This document shows positions 1 through 9,423 of a stretch of 64,000 nt of DNA, piece by piece (the first letter of the stretch is position 1; each line of letters opens with the position of its first letter). The position numbers and the translations under genes were made by a program. The notes beneath the pieces are model-generated. The model ran no database searches, had not been told where the DNA came from, and saw only the letters and a list, made by a program, of their open reading frames with translations. Location of the stretch: positions 1-64,000 of IMG/VR virus record IMGVR_UViG_3300037116_000299, one strand, 5' to 3'.

Positions 1-1098
1 TTAGTGATCACCTGGTTTGTAAGTTATCCTAGCCCCGTCGGCGCAGAGAGCTAAAAGACGCTTTCCGTCACGGGCCCAGATCATGTCAATCACTGGCGAG
101 CCGGCAGCTAATTCCGAGATGACACCACCTGAATTCAGATCAGAGATAGATATTCTTCCGGTTGACGGATGGTCATCGAGCATCCACCACCGGCCTGTAG
201 AAAAGGCACAGATCGGGCCCCCAACATGAGGTCGGCAAAGGTCTGCTTGCCCGACAGCTATCTCTTCAAGAGCCGGGGAAGAGTATATATATGCATCTAT
301 CGGACCATACCTATAAGCCTTATATTCCGCCGTACACAACACTAGGTGCCGGCTGTCGTAGCTCCACTTGATGTCTGTGATTCGTTGTGCGACTTCAAAT
401 TGAAATAGCTCCCGCAGGTCGGGGATGGAGAGCACCGCGATACGTTGGCCCGCTTCTTTGAGTGAGGCTACGGTCACCAGCAGCGAATCATTGCGATCTA
501 TATCGACAGGACCGAAACCATATAGCCCGTGCGAGCTATAGAGATCGTAAGGATAGTTGCACAGGTGAGAGATTTCAGACGCAAGCCTCACGCTAATGAT
601 TGGCTCACTCTCCAGTTCATCAGAGCTGAACAGTGCGTCCTGGCTATGATCAACGGCATCCAACTGATTTGCGTCCAGGTACTGGACGTTCCAAAGCTTC
701 AGTTGAGGGTCGTGATGTTGAGAGGTTGACGCAATATATCTACCGGACCGGGACCAACAAACATTCCAGAGGTCGTCCTGATGACGGCCGAACACTGTGA
801 GGAACTGCTTGCGTTGCAGGTCAAAGATTCGGAGGGCACGTTCGTGGTTGCCCGAGCCCGTAACAAGGAATCGCCCACCAGGCGACCACGCTGCACACTG
901 GGCTGATGTAGCCCATTCTGTGGTCTCACCGACGATGTATGAACTTCCATCATCGTCATAACATTCAAGCCGGTGTTCGTGAAACTTGTTGAGCGCTCGA
1001 CAGTATGTTCCGCTGGGAGATATCCATGCGGAATACAAAACGTCCGAACGGGGCGCCCGGTCTATCGTCCAAGGGCCATTGATCTCTGTTAGTGGCAT
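1..1098 (-). CDS. WD40/beta-propeller repeat protein
   Basis: Repeats 'AAWSPGGRFLVTGSG..LRIFD', 'GRHQDDLWNVCWSRSGRYIAS..LKLWN', 'IKWSYDSRHL', 'MIWARDGKRL'. ATG at 1098 with AAGGA upstream; TAA at 1-3. Confidence 0.75.
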   Translation of the reverse strand: MPLTEINGPWTIDRAPRSDVLYSAWISPSGTYCRALNKFHEHRLECYDDDGSSYIVGETTEWATSAQCAAWSPGGRFLVTGSGNHERALRIFDLQRKQFLTVFGRHQDDLWNVCWSRSGRYIASTSQHHDPQLKLWNVQYLDANQLDAVDHSQDALFSSDELESEPIISVRLASEISHLCNYPYDLYSSHGLYGFGPVDIDRNDSLLVTVASLKEAGQRIAVLSIPDLRELFQFEVAQRITDIKWSYDSRHLVLCTAEYKAYRYGPIDAYIYSSPALEEIAVGQADLCRPHVGGPICAFSTGRWWMLDDHPSTGRISISDLNSGGVISELAAGSPVIDMIWARDGKRLLALCADGARITYKPGDH

Positions 1099-1138
1099 GT
1101 GTTGGTCCTTTGAACAGCTGCGAAATCGAGTCAGGCCT

Positions 1139-1384
1139 TTAGGAGCGGATCTCAAGCTTCGTCGGCTCCATCGCCCGCCTCAGTTTCATCATCCGTTCGT
1201 TCTTGAACCTTCCGCTAATTCGATATCTAAACTTGGGATTTATGAGTTCGGGAGGGATGTCTTCGCGCTTGATAATCGCCAACTTGGGTTTAGTAGCTCC
1301 CGACAGGAAGTATGCGACACAAAGCACGACAGTATCAAGCCTCTCTCGCGCGGTCCGAGGATCGCTGGCGTGATTTGGACTCAC
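1139..1384 (-). CDS. small hypothetical protein
   Basis: 81-aa ORF filling the gap between the helicase and WD40 genes on the same strand; no motif. Confidence 0.3.
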   Translation of the reverse strand: MSPNHASDPRTARERLDTVVLCVAYFLSGATKPKLAIIKREDIPPELINPKFRYRISGRFKNERMMKLRRAMEPTKLEIRS

Positions 1385-1400
1385 GCCTAGCTCTGCCGCC

Positions 1401-3938
1401 TCACACTCTCCCTACCACGGTGTCGTAGAGCCCGTAATGTCTGAGATCCTTGTGGCTCTCGATGCCCGTATACCTCAGCGACGCATCCTCGTAGCGACGG
1501 AACGCGAACACCGCCTGATTCATCTGTTCGGTATTGAATACCTTGAGGCGCACGAGCAGATGGAAGTCCTTCACGGTCAGACCGGTGACGGCCAGGAACA
1601 AATCCGGCTCCAGCTTGGTGATCACGTCTTGTAGCGTGTTCTCGCGGAAATCGGTCAGGTACATAAACGCAGGGATGCGGGTCGCGAACTTGATCAGCTT
1701 TTCTTGTACGAGCTTGCGCTTGGACTTGTATTCCTTCTCTTCGTCTGTGAGCTGCTGCTTCTGTTTCTCGGTCAGTTCCTTGCCTTTGGCCTTGCCCTTG
1801 AGTTCCTTGACCTCCTCGCTCTTGTTGATGATGGTTTCGATGACATGATCTCCCAGCGCGCGCCAGCCCTCGATACGCTCTACGGCTGCCATCGCCTCGG
1901 GGTTATCAAGGATTCGGCGCAGCGTGTCGTTGTCCACGTTCACCAGCAGTGCGCTCTCCCATTTGCGCGCAAGCAGCGTAGCCGAGGTGCCTGCCATCGC
2001 GATGTCCAAAATACCGCCAGCATCGATTTGAGTCATGTTCGCGCCGTCGTAAGCCAGTACCGGCAGGAACGACACCAGGTCCTTGACGGCTTGTTCCGGA
2101 TTCGACTCGTTAGGCGAGAGTCCGATGCCGTATTCGCAGAGTTGCCTAAGCGCGCGCGTAGGTGCAAAGTCGAATACGAAGCACGCAGGTTTGAGGATTT
2201 CTTCCTCATTCGGATTGTCACCATTCGGGTTCATGATGGACCACGGAGACTGCACCCGAAAGGCTGCCTGGAAGTAGGTTTCAGGGCTCTTCAGATTGCG
2301 CAGCATGAGGATCGAGGACCATTGCGACACGGTCACGCCGGTGGTGAGTTTGCCGCATGACAGTGTGATGGTTTTGGTCGTGAACCCGCTCCCAATGGCT
2401 TTGCGTACCGGAGGCAGCGCCTCCAGGCCGATACCCGCCGACGCGCCAGCCGCCACGACAACCTGGTACTCATGCCAGAAGATGTTGTGCTTCTCAGCCA
2501 GCAGTTTCGCCATAGCGTGACATGCAGCGACGTTTGGCAGAAACCAGAACGAGTGCTGTAGGTACGGCAGAAGCCGCACATCCGAGTAAGGGAACGGCGG
2601 CGAGCCCGTCTTGAGGCCATCCACAATCTTCGGTGCGTACTGGCCTCGGATGATGTCCAGCCACTTTTGTACGTCGCTTTTGTGCTCGAACTGCGCGGCC
2701 TTTCCTGTGCCTGTACCCGCAAAGAACTCGTTGAGGTCGAACTCGTCGAACTCCCCACCGCTCGCTACCGTTAGCAGTTCGTCCGGCATCTGGTAGGTAA
2801 GCAGACGCATCTGCGGCAGAGCACCATAAGAGTTCCACTTGCCGGGACTCCTAACGGCGAATTCTTCCTTGGCGCGCTGTTCGTCGGTGTAAGTCCAGTT
2901 GAAGATTTGTTCTTCAATGAACTCGCCTGTTGCCAGCGCCTTGAACGGTGTTCCAGACAGGTAGAGATAGGCTTTCGTCGTGATGGGAAGGAACTCGGTT
3001 TCCTTCTCCGAAAGCACGCCGAGGTCTTCGTTCACATCTTCCAGCGCGGGGGCGTACTCGAGCTTAGACTCTTTCTTCGCAACGGCCTCTTCCTCGCCCT
3101 CAAACAGTTCCTTGGCGGTCTCCCGCCAGGCTCCGAAGTGGTATTCGTCAAACACAACGAGGTCCCAATTTACGGCGTGCAGCCATTCGTTTCTCGCTTT
3201 GATATTTCCCACCGCATCGCGACCCAGGAGGTCCTGAAAGGAACCGAAATAGACAACCGGCTTCTTGTCGTCGATTTTGGTGGGGTCGCTGTTGGAACTA
3301 CGGGAGAGATAATGCCACCCGTCAAAATCGGCATGGGATTCGAGATCGGTCTGCCATGCGTCTTCTACCGCAGGTTTGAAGGTCAGCACCAGCACACGCG
3401 TGACGCCAAGCTTCTTCGCTAGCTGGTAGGCCGTGAACGTCTTGCCGAAGCGCATCTTCGCGTTCCACAGGAAGCGCGGGACCGCATGCTGATCCTCAGA
3501 CCAGATCGAGTGAAAATAGTCGAATGTCTTGTCGACCGCCTCGGCCTGTTCACGACGCATCCGAAATGTCTGGTCGTGCGTGCCGGTGAAGTGTTGTCCC
3601 GTGCGCAGCTCGGTGAGCACGGTCTTCACATCCTTGACCGTGCAGCGCACCCATTCCAGTTCGGCGTTCTCGAACTTCTTCCTGATGAGCGCCGCGCGAA
3701 CCTCGTGGTCGCTGAAGATGGTTCCGTCGTCGCGCTCAGCGGGTTCGTCCACTTCGACGGTGAAGTTCTTGATGGCGGCGGTCTTGAGCTGCTCGGCGAC
3801 GCGCTGTTTCACATTGCGCGTTGTCTGCCCAACCTTGAGAAGACCCTTGTGCGCATTATCGTCGATCGAATAGGCGTAGATACGCGGCCAAGCATTCGGC
3901 TTGGGCGCAAGGATTTCCTCGATGGTTGGCTTACTCAT
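1401..3938 (-). CDS. restriction-type subunit: N-terminal GIY-YIG/T5orf172-like nuclease + SF2 (ResIII-like) DEAH helicase
   Basis: IYAY..LLKVGQTTRNVKQRV N-terminus; Walker A AKMRFGKT; DEYH; SGT; QAAFRVQ; overlaps the end of the MTase gene. Confidence 0.85.
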   Translation of the reverse strand: MSKPTIEEILAPKPNAWPRIYAYSIDDNAHKGLLKVGQTTRNVKQRVAEQLKTAAIKNFTVEVDEPAERDDGTIFSDHEVRAALIRKKFENAELEWVRCTVKDVKTVLTELRTGQHFTGTHDQTFRMRREQAEAVDKTFDYFHSIWSEDQHAVPRFLWNAKMRFGKTFTAYQLAKKLGVTRVLVLTFKPAVEDAWQTDLESHADFDGWHYLSRSSNSDPTKIDDKKPVVYFGSFQDLLGRDAVGNIKARNEWLHAVNWDLVVFDEYHFGAWRETAKELFEGEEEAVAKKESKLEYAPALEDVNEDLGVLSEKETEFLPITTKAYLYLSGTPFKALATGEFIEEQIFNWTYTDEQRAKEEFAVRSPGKWNSYGALPQMRLLTYQMPDELLTVASGGEFDEFDLNEFFAGTGTGKAAQFEHKSDVQKWLDIIRGQYAPKIVDGLKTGSPPFPYSDVRLLPYLQHSFWFLPNVAACHAMAKLLAEKHNIFWHEYQVVVAAGASAGIGLEALPPVRKAIGSGFTTKTITLSCGKLTTGVTVSQWSSILMLRNLKSPETYFQAAFRVQSPWSIMNPNGDNPNEEEILKPACFVFDFAPTRALRQLCEYGIGLSPNESNPEQAVKDLVSFLPVLAYDGANMTQIDAGGILDIAMAGTSATLLARKWESALLVNVDNDTLRRILDNPEAMAAVERIEGWRALGDHVIETIINKSEEVKELKGKAKGKELTEKQKQQLTDEEKEYKSKRKLVQEKLIKFATRIPAFMYLTDFRENTLQDVITKLEPDLFLAVTGLTVKDFHLLVRLKVFNTEQMNQAVFAFRRYEDASLRYTGIESHKDLRHYGLYDTVVGRV

Positions 3939-5610
3939 CGTCACCGATAACCGCCGAGTCGTGCGCGTTGCCAGTGAGATCCATCGGGCGAATCATCCAC
4001 TCAACAAACGCGATCTCTTTATCAGTTAGGCCATACTTCGCATAAAGCCTCTGATCAGTCCACTCCTTAGAGAAATTCTGTATAGGAACAAAGGTATAAA
4101 CCTTCTTTGTTGCGTCTTGAGCGGGCTTGTGCAACATCACCAAGAAGCGCGTCAGCTTGCACGAGATATAAGAGCAAACATTCTTGGCTTCACTCTCCGA
4201 CTTGAACGGGCCGATACAGAGGTAGGTTTCCGTTGAGACCGATCCAGGTTCGCCAACAAAAGGCCGACCGAGAACTGCCTTTGGCGGTGCATCTCGGCTT
4301 GCCCCGCCACCGCCTCGGTCGCCATATGCCCTCCCAATGAATACTTTCCATCCTTCAATCAAGTTGCCTTCGTCAGTCACATCGCTCCTTGAGACCCAGC
4401 CCTTGCCGCTTTGCTTGAACCCTGGGCCGCCGTTCCAGTAGGCGACGACATCGTTCTTCTGTCTGTTCGAACGAACTTTGAAGTTCGAGCGTATGCCAAA
4501 GGGCCTACTGGCTCTCACTAGATTCGTGAATCGTGACTTCTCCGGTATTAGAACGGAAGCGGCCTCCCCGCCTTCCACGGCAACAATCTTCTTCAAGATC
4601 GGCACTGCCTCGTTGTAGCGGATGAACACATCCGAGCCTTCCTCCAGCAAAGGTCGCGTGGCGCTCGATAGCACCGTACCTTCGTAATGCGTGACAACCT
4701 CGCAATCACCCGGCTCCTCGCGATTCCAGAGGAAGTAAAGAATGCCGCCCTGAATAGCCACGCCGGGAAAGGCTTCGCCGACCAGCAGGTAGTCATGAAT
4801 GGCGCGGGTGCGGCTGTCGGTCAGCATGCTTTCGCGAAACTCATCCAAACCTTTTCCGCCCGCAAACCATCGTGCGGGGATGACCAGCGACAGATAGCGC
4901 GGTTCGAGCTTCTTTGCCTGTTCCACAAAGAGGTGATAAATCGGTGCGGCACTAGCACCTTGCCCACCGTCGGCAAGTTGGTACGGCGGGTTCCCAACAA
5001 TCACGTCAAACTGCATGTTGCCTCCAAACAACTCGGCAATCCGAGCCTTGATGTCGTCCGTGTGGATGAACGCATAAGCGTGGGTCTCTATTCCCTCGCC
5101 GCGGTCCAGGACATCCTTGCTGGCACCGCAAAAGCTGCACCTGCCGTTAGCCCAGGAATGCTCGGTACGCTCGAACCAGATATTACCCTCATCGCTGTCA
5201 AAGCTCTTGGCGATGGAATGCTCCCCGGTCGCGTGCTTTGAGCAATAGAGGCTGCGCCGCGCGAGCAGGCTGGTGAGTCGGGTGGTGCCAACGCCGAACA
5301 CCTGCCGCGTCAGGATATGATCGACGCGGCTCTGGAGATCAGGTATCTCCGCTTCCAAACCCCTCGTGAGACGGCTGGTGATTTCGCGAAGGAATACGCC
5401 CGATTTTGTGCACGGGTCAAGAAACCGGATTGAACTATCCGCCCAGATGTCCGCCCCGCCATTGTTTGCTGCCCAAGTCTCGGCCAGTGTATCGAGCATC
5501 AGGTTTGCAAACTCAGGCGGTGTGAACACCTCGTCGTTGGATAGATTAGCTATGCAGGTCAGAACATCCGGGTTGCGCCCGCGAAGCGTAAAGCTCGCCT
5601 GATCGTTCAT
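3931..5610 (-). CDS. Eco57I-like N6-adenine DNA methyltransferase with C-terminal target recognition region
   Basis: EVFTP; motif I FLDPCTKSGVFL; motif IV FDVIVGNPPY; IPARWF. Confidence 0.9.
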   Translation of the reverse strand: MNDQASFTLRGRNPDVLTCIANLSNDEVFTPPEFANLMLDTLAETWAANNGGADIWADSSIRFLDPCTKSGVFLREITSRLTRGLEAEIPDLQSRVDHILTRQVFGVGTTRLTSLLARRSLYCSKHATGEHSIAKSFDSDEGNIWFERTEHSWANGRCSFCGASKDVLDRGEGIETHAYAFIHTDDIKARIAELFGGNMQFDVIVGNPPYQLADGGQGASAAPIYHLFVEQAKKLEPRYLSLVIPARWFAGGKGLDEFRESMLTDSRTRAIHDYLLVGEAFPGVAIQGGILYFLWNREEPGDCEVVTHYEGTVLSSATRPLLEEGSDVFIRYNEAVPILKKIVAVEGGEAASVLIPEKSRFTNLVRASRPFGIRSNFKVRSNRQKNDVVAYWNGGPGFKQSGKGWVSRSDVTDEGNLIEGWKVFIGRAYGDRGGGGASRDAPPKAVLGRPFVGEPGSVSTETYLCIGPFKSESEAKNVCSYISCKLTRFLVMLHKPAQDATKKVYTFVPIQNFSKEWTDQRLYAKYGLTDKEIAFVEWMIRPMDLTGNAHDSAVIGDDE

Positions 5611-6263
5611 ATGGGCTCCGCCAAGCCAATCTCCATCGGCAAACAGGCAAGCTCCCGCACACTCGTAGGCGGATATGCCTTGATCGGCGTGAAGATCTCA
5701 TGCTTGCCAAGATGGGCGAAGAGTGACCCTTCCTGACTGTAGGATGACATTTGCGTTAGATCGTCAAAGCGGAAGTCTCGCCGCTGGAACTTGCCCTTGC
5801 CGAGGTAGCCCCATTCGGCAAAGGTGATGGGCTGGCCGTCATGCATGCGCATCGTCAGCGCATCACCATGCACAAGATTCTCCGACAAGACATAGAAAGC
5901 GGCTCGATAGACATCATCGGACTCATCCACATTCAGGTAGTCAGCGAGAACCTCAAGCATCTTCGCGCGGCACTCAGCGATATTATCTGCCAGGATCTCA
6001 ATTCCGTAGGCGCACATCACCGCCAATAAGGCGTAATGCCGCCGCTCAAAGTCGGACTTGCCGAACTTGGCTTCGACGGCGGCCAGCTTGCGCTGGAGTA
6101 CAGGGACAAGGAAGTTTCCACTTCCGAAGGCAGGCTCCAGAAAACGAGAGTCGATGCGCTCGGTCTCGCCCTTCACCAGGTCTAGCATGTTCTCGACCAG
6201 CCACCGAGGCGTAAACACCTCCCCGTGATCGGCAACGCGCCTCTTGGATTTGATCAGACTCAT
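5607..6263 (-). CDS. short methyltransferase-like protein (SAM-binding half, no NPPY)
   Basis: GEVFTP, FLEPAFGSGNFL, YGIEI, VHGDAL; no motif IV; ATGA overlap with the downstream MTase. Confidence 0.8.
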   Translation of the reverse strand: MSLIKSKRRVADHGEVFTPRWLVENMLDLVKGETERIDSRFLEPAFGSGNFLVPVLQRKLAAVEAKFGKSDFERRHYALLAVMCAYGIEILADNIAECRAKMLEVLADYLNVDESDDVYRAAFYVLSENLVHGDALTMRMHDGQPITFAEWGYLGKGKFQRRDFRFDDLTQMSSYSQEGSLFAHLGKHEIFTPIKAYPPTSVRELACLPMEIGLAEPI

Positions 6264-6276
6264 AGGTTGTGGCTTG

Positions 6277-6537
6277 CTATCTCGACCAGCAGCTTGTGGC
6301 GGACTGCGACGATCTCCTTGGCAGACCACATCTTGCATATACATCATAGGATAGCCGACGCCCCGCCCGAGTGCGCGTGCGAGTGGGTACGTGGCAGTCG
6401 TCGAAGGTGAGCATGACGCGGGGCATGATGACAGCATCGGGTTTCTGATTGGGCGCAGGTGGCGGCGAGACCTTACACGCGCAGCAGATTTGACCTGACA
6501 ACCTCATCCGTGTCGTGGATGCTCGCTCCCCGCCCAT
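6277..6537 (-). pseudogene. possibly degraded small Cys-containing protein (MGGERAST..GQICCACK), apparently leaderless
   Basis: ATG lies just downstream of a TATTAT -10 flanked by GCGAA repeats. The N-terminus resembles an acidobacterial hypothetical family I recall; the C-terminus looks degenerate. Confidence 0.35.
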
Positions 6538-6555
6538 AGGCGAATAATAGGCGAA
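6536..6555. promoter_or_regulatory. direct repeat ATAGGCGAA x2 (11-bp period), LexA-box-like, overlapping a minus-strand -10 (TATTAT, 6545-6550)
   Basis: Minus strand reads TTTC-gcctatt-ATTC, matching the period of the GTTC-N7-GTTC box of Acidobacterium/alphaproteobacterial LexA. Confidence 0.55.
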
Positions 6556-6611
6556 ATCGTTGTGGATTTTGAAGATTGTCAGTTTGGCGCAACATCGTTT
6601 GCGATGAGAGC

Positions 6612-7475
6612 ATGGCGGGCATGGACAGACTTTCGTTTCTCGGGTTCTATCGCCGTGTGTTTCGGGATGCGTGGGAAGCGGCAAAGATATGGGTTCGAGA
6701 CAACGTATTCGTGGCGGGCGTCATGGCCACTGTGCCCGCCATCGCGATCTATCTCGCAGATCATAGCCACGCGATCGACTGGCCAGTCATGAGGCTAACG
6801 CTGTGCATGTATGCCGGATTGTTGATTCTGTACTATGCCTTTCATCTCATTAGGGCACCCTGGCTCCTCCACCGCAGTAAAGAAGAGCAATTGATCGCCG
6901 CTGACGACGAGCGGGATAGTTATGCCGCGAAGCTGAGAGAGATTGAGGATGACAAGCCGGAGATTGTCCAAGCGGGAGCAGTTGTCGAGCCTATAGGTTT
7001 CGGAATTCAGGGGTCTATGACGCCGTATTTTACCGCCGAGTTCGTAAAAATGAGGTTCGTCAATAAACCTAAAGGGAATTCGGAACGTGCCATAGCACGC
7101 GCAGTTAGAGCCAAAATCAAGTTCATTGATTCTGATTCGAAGGCACTCTTGCTGGAAATCGATGGTAGATGGGACAGCACCGATCAGCCATCCACGAGGC
7201 AATATGGCACGACTCGGAATGACCTCCTCCCGATGAATTTCGGAATCGAAGAAGCACAACAAATCGACATCGCCTTTTGGGATGCGGGGATACGCAAGTT
7301 TGTTGGGTTCAACAATGACAGCTATAACTTTGCACTGTATGGGTACAAGAAGCCGGGGTATGAGTTATCGGCAGGGCCGATAACCGCTGAGATACGACTG
7401 GTTGGAATCGGGGTGAACAAAACGTTCTCTATGACGTTTGGCACCGACCTCCAGGGCAGAGTAGTGCTCCTTTGA
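6612..7475 (+). CDS. membrane-anchored hypothetical protein (2 N-terminal TM + coiled coil + beta-rich domain)
   Basis: Hydrophobic segments VFVAGVMATVPAIAIYL and LTLCMYAGLLILYYAFHLI; long ORF. Confidence 0.7.
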   Translation: MAGMDRLSFLGFYRRVFRDAWEAAKIWVRDNVFVAGVMATVPAIAIYLADHSHAIDWPVMRLTLCMYAGLLILYYAFHLIRAPWLLHRSKEEQLIAADDERDSYAAKLREIEDDKPEIVQAGAVVEPIGFGIQGSMTPYFTAEFVKMRFVNKPKGNSERAIARAVRAKIKFIDSDSKALLLEIDGRWDSTDQPSTRQYGTTRNDLLPMNFGIEEAQQIDIAFWDAGIRKFVGFNNDSYNFALYGYKKPGYELSAGPITAEIRLVGIGVNKTFSMTFGTDLQGRVVLL

Positions 7476-7821
7476 AGCAGTTGTTTCACGCCAGTCACCG
7501 ATCCATGAACCATTAACCATCCCCAGTCCCGGCGGATCAGGTGACCGAAGAAGGACAGGATAGGCGACATCCTTGACGGCCTAGAAGCCTCGGTCGCCTG
7601 GACCTGACCTTGGATGATCCGATCTGATAGCCGGTCCTCTGGCTAAATCACTTCGTTCCAACGGTGCCAGTACAGCAACAGACTGTGCCACCAACGCATC
7701 GCATTCTCTCCTATTGGGCGTGCCAGCACCGCCCTGTAACGAGTCACCTCCGTGGACTCGGTGACATTCATCACGCAACTCAATTCCTGAGACCGCGCCT
7801 TACCCCGCTACCCAGCCGGAG

Positions 7822-7837
7822 GCGTACAATAGGCGAA
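7822..7837. promoter_or_regulatory. second LexA-box-like repeat GCGTA-caatag-GCGAA overlapping a plus-strand TACAAT -10
   Basis: Same spacing as the 6540-6555 site with one mismatch; lies upstream of the 7901 operon. Confidence 0.4.
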
Positions 7838-7900
7838 TACCAAAACAATTGCCGTCCACGGATGCCGGGGCCGGTTTCCAAGATGTGAAGGGAGGCGGTT

Positions 7901-8578
7901 TTGAAGGAACTGCCGTTCGATCCTTACGACTTCTTCGGCTACATCGCGTCCGGCCTCGTGCTAGTCGTAGTGGCACAACTGACCCTTGGGTTCCCGAGGG
8001 TCTTCGGTGCCGACCTCAAGCCCTTCGACATCGCAGTCACGGTGTTGGCGGTCTACATTGCCGGGCAGATCGTGGCCGGTCCAGCAAAGGCGATCTTCGA
8101 AGACTTCTTCGTACACAAGGTACTTGGCAGTCCCACAAAGAACCTTCTTCGCCCTAAGCCTCATCCCATGCTGAGGGTCATCTTCCCCGGCTTCTACAAG
8201 CCGCTCCCACCTGTCACCTGCGCAAGAATTGCCGCGAAGGCTGCCGTGGTGGCCGCCGGAGCTGAGAACGCAGAGGGCATCTTCCTAACGATCAGGTACG
8301 CCCCCGAGGTCCTCGCAAGTGCTTCCCTGATCGCCAAGATTGACACCTTCCGAGACATGTACGGTTTCAATCGCAACGTCTCGTTTAGCCTCTTGCTCGC
8401 GTCCCTCTGCCTTGCCATTGCCGGTCATGGCCAGGGCCGGGCTGAGCTTAGTCACTACGCTATCGCGGCGTTCATCTGCGGGGCACTTCTTTTCTATCGC
8501 TACCTCAAGTTCTTTCGCCAGTATTCGTATGAACTCTTCAACGTATACGCCTGCATGGGCGAGAAAGGCACGACCTGA
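7901..8578 (+). CDS. 4-TM membrane protein (YDFFG...YGFNRN type), putative defence-associated
   Basis: GGAGG SD before TTG; two TM pairs flanking a soluble loop; TGATG coupling to the MBL gene. Confidence 0.75.
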   Translation: MKELPFDPYDFFGYIASGLVLVVVAQLTLGFPRVFGADLKPFDIAVTVLAVYIAGQIVAGPAKAIFEDFFVHKVLGSPTKNLLRPKPHPMLRVIFPGFYKPLPPVTCARIAAKAAVVAAGAENAEGIFLTIRYAPEVLASASLIAKIDTFRDMYGFNRNVSFSLLLASLCLAIAGHGQGRAELSHYAIAAFICGALLFYRYLKFFRQYSYELFNVYACMGEKGTT

Positions 8579-9399
8579 TGTTCACGTTTACGTTGTTCGA
8601 TGTCGGCCATGGATTCTGCGCATACGCCACTACGCCTAAAGGGGCGAACATTCTGTTCGACTGTGGCTACGATGTTGATCTGAAGTTCTATCCATCCCGG
8701 TACTTCGCTGATCGTCGCATCACACAGATAGATCGTCTCTTTCTGAGCCACTTCGATCAGGACCACGTGTGCGACCTCCCTGATCTTCGAAAAGTGGTGA
8801 CCTTTGGGTCTATTCATCGCAACTCTTCTGTCCCAGTAGATGTCATTAGGCGTGAGAAACAGCAGGGAGGCATCGTCACGACTGCAATGGCAAGTGCCCT
8901 TGATATGCACCAGAACTGGACAGGCCAGGTGACGATGGAACCCGACTGGGGAGGGGTGACGATTAGTACCTTTTTCAACCTGTATCCCAGCTTCACGGAC
9001 ATGAACAATTTGAGCGTGGTCACCTTTCTGGAGTACGGCGGAACTGGAATCGTCATCCCCGGAGACCTTGAAGGGGAAGGTTGGTTGGAGCTTCTAAAGA
9101 ATCCGGAATTTCGTCTGTGTCTGGCTCGAACGGAAATCTTTATCGCATCGCACCACGGCAGAAACGCCGGCTATTGCGAAGAGGTTTTCAACTATTGCAA
9201 CCCGGCGATCATCATCCTGTCCGACAAGGGTATCGTTCATGGCAGTCAAGAACACGACTACACGAAACATGCGATCGGCATCCCCTGGGACGGCGGTTCA
9301 CAGACGAGGCGAGTGCTGACAACCCGGAGCGATGGTCACATTCGCATCACAAAGGAAGCGGGGAAAGGATTCTTCATCAACTCCAACGTGACACTGTAA
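8578..9399 (+). CDS. ComEC/Rec2-like metallo-beta-lactamase-fold hydrolase (stand-alone)
   Basis: FDVGHG, FDCG, SHFDQDH, PGDLE, ASHHG, TTRSDG motifs. Confidence 0.85.
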   Translation: MFTFTLFDVGHGFCAYATTPKGANILFDCGYDVDLKFYPSRYFADRRITQIDRLFLSHFDQDHVCDLPDLRKVVTFGSIHRNSSVPVDVIRREKQQGGIVTTAMASALDMHQNWTGQVTMEPDWGGVTISTFFNLYPSFTDMNNLSVVTFLEYGGTGIVIPGDLEGEGWLELLKNPEFRLCLARTEIFIASHHGRNAGYCEEVFNYCNPAIIILSDKGIVHGSQEHDYTKHAIGIPWDGGSQTRRVLTTRSDGHIRITKEAGKGFFINSNVTL

Positions 9400-9423
9400 C
9401 CAGCTTTCTGTACTGCTCATCAG

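Noticed and set aside
8578-9399. Competence gene comEC or antibiotic beta-lactamase
   Set aside because: Lacks the ComEC membrane domain and a signal peptide; the motif set is nuclease/phosphodiesterase-like.
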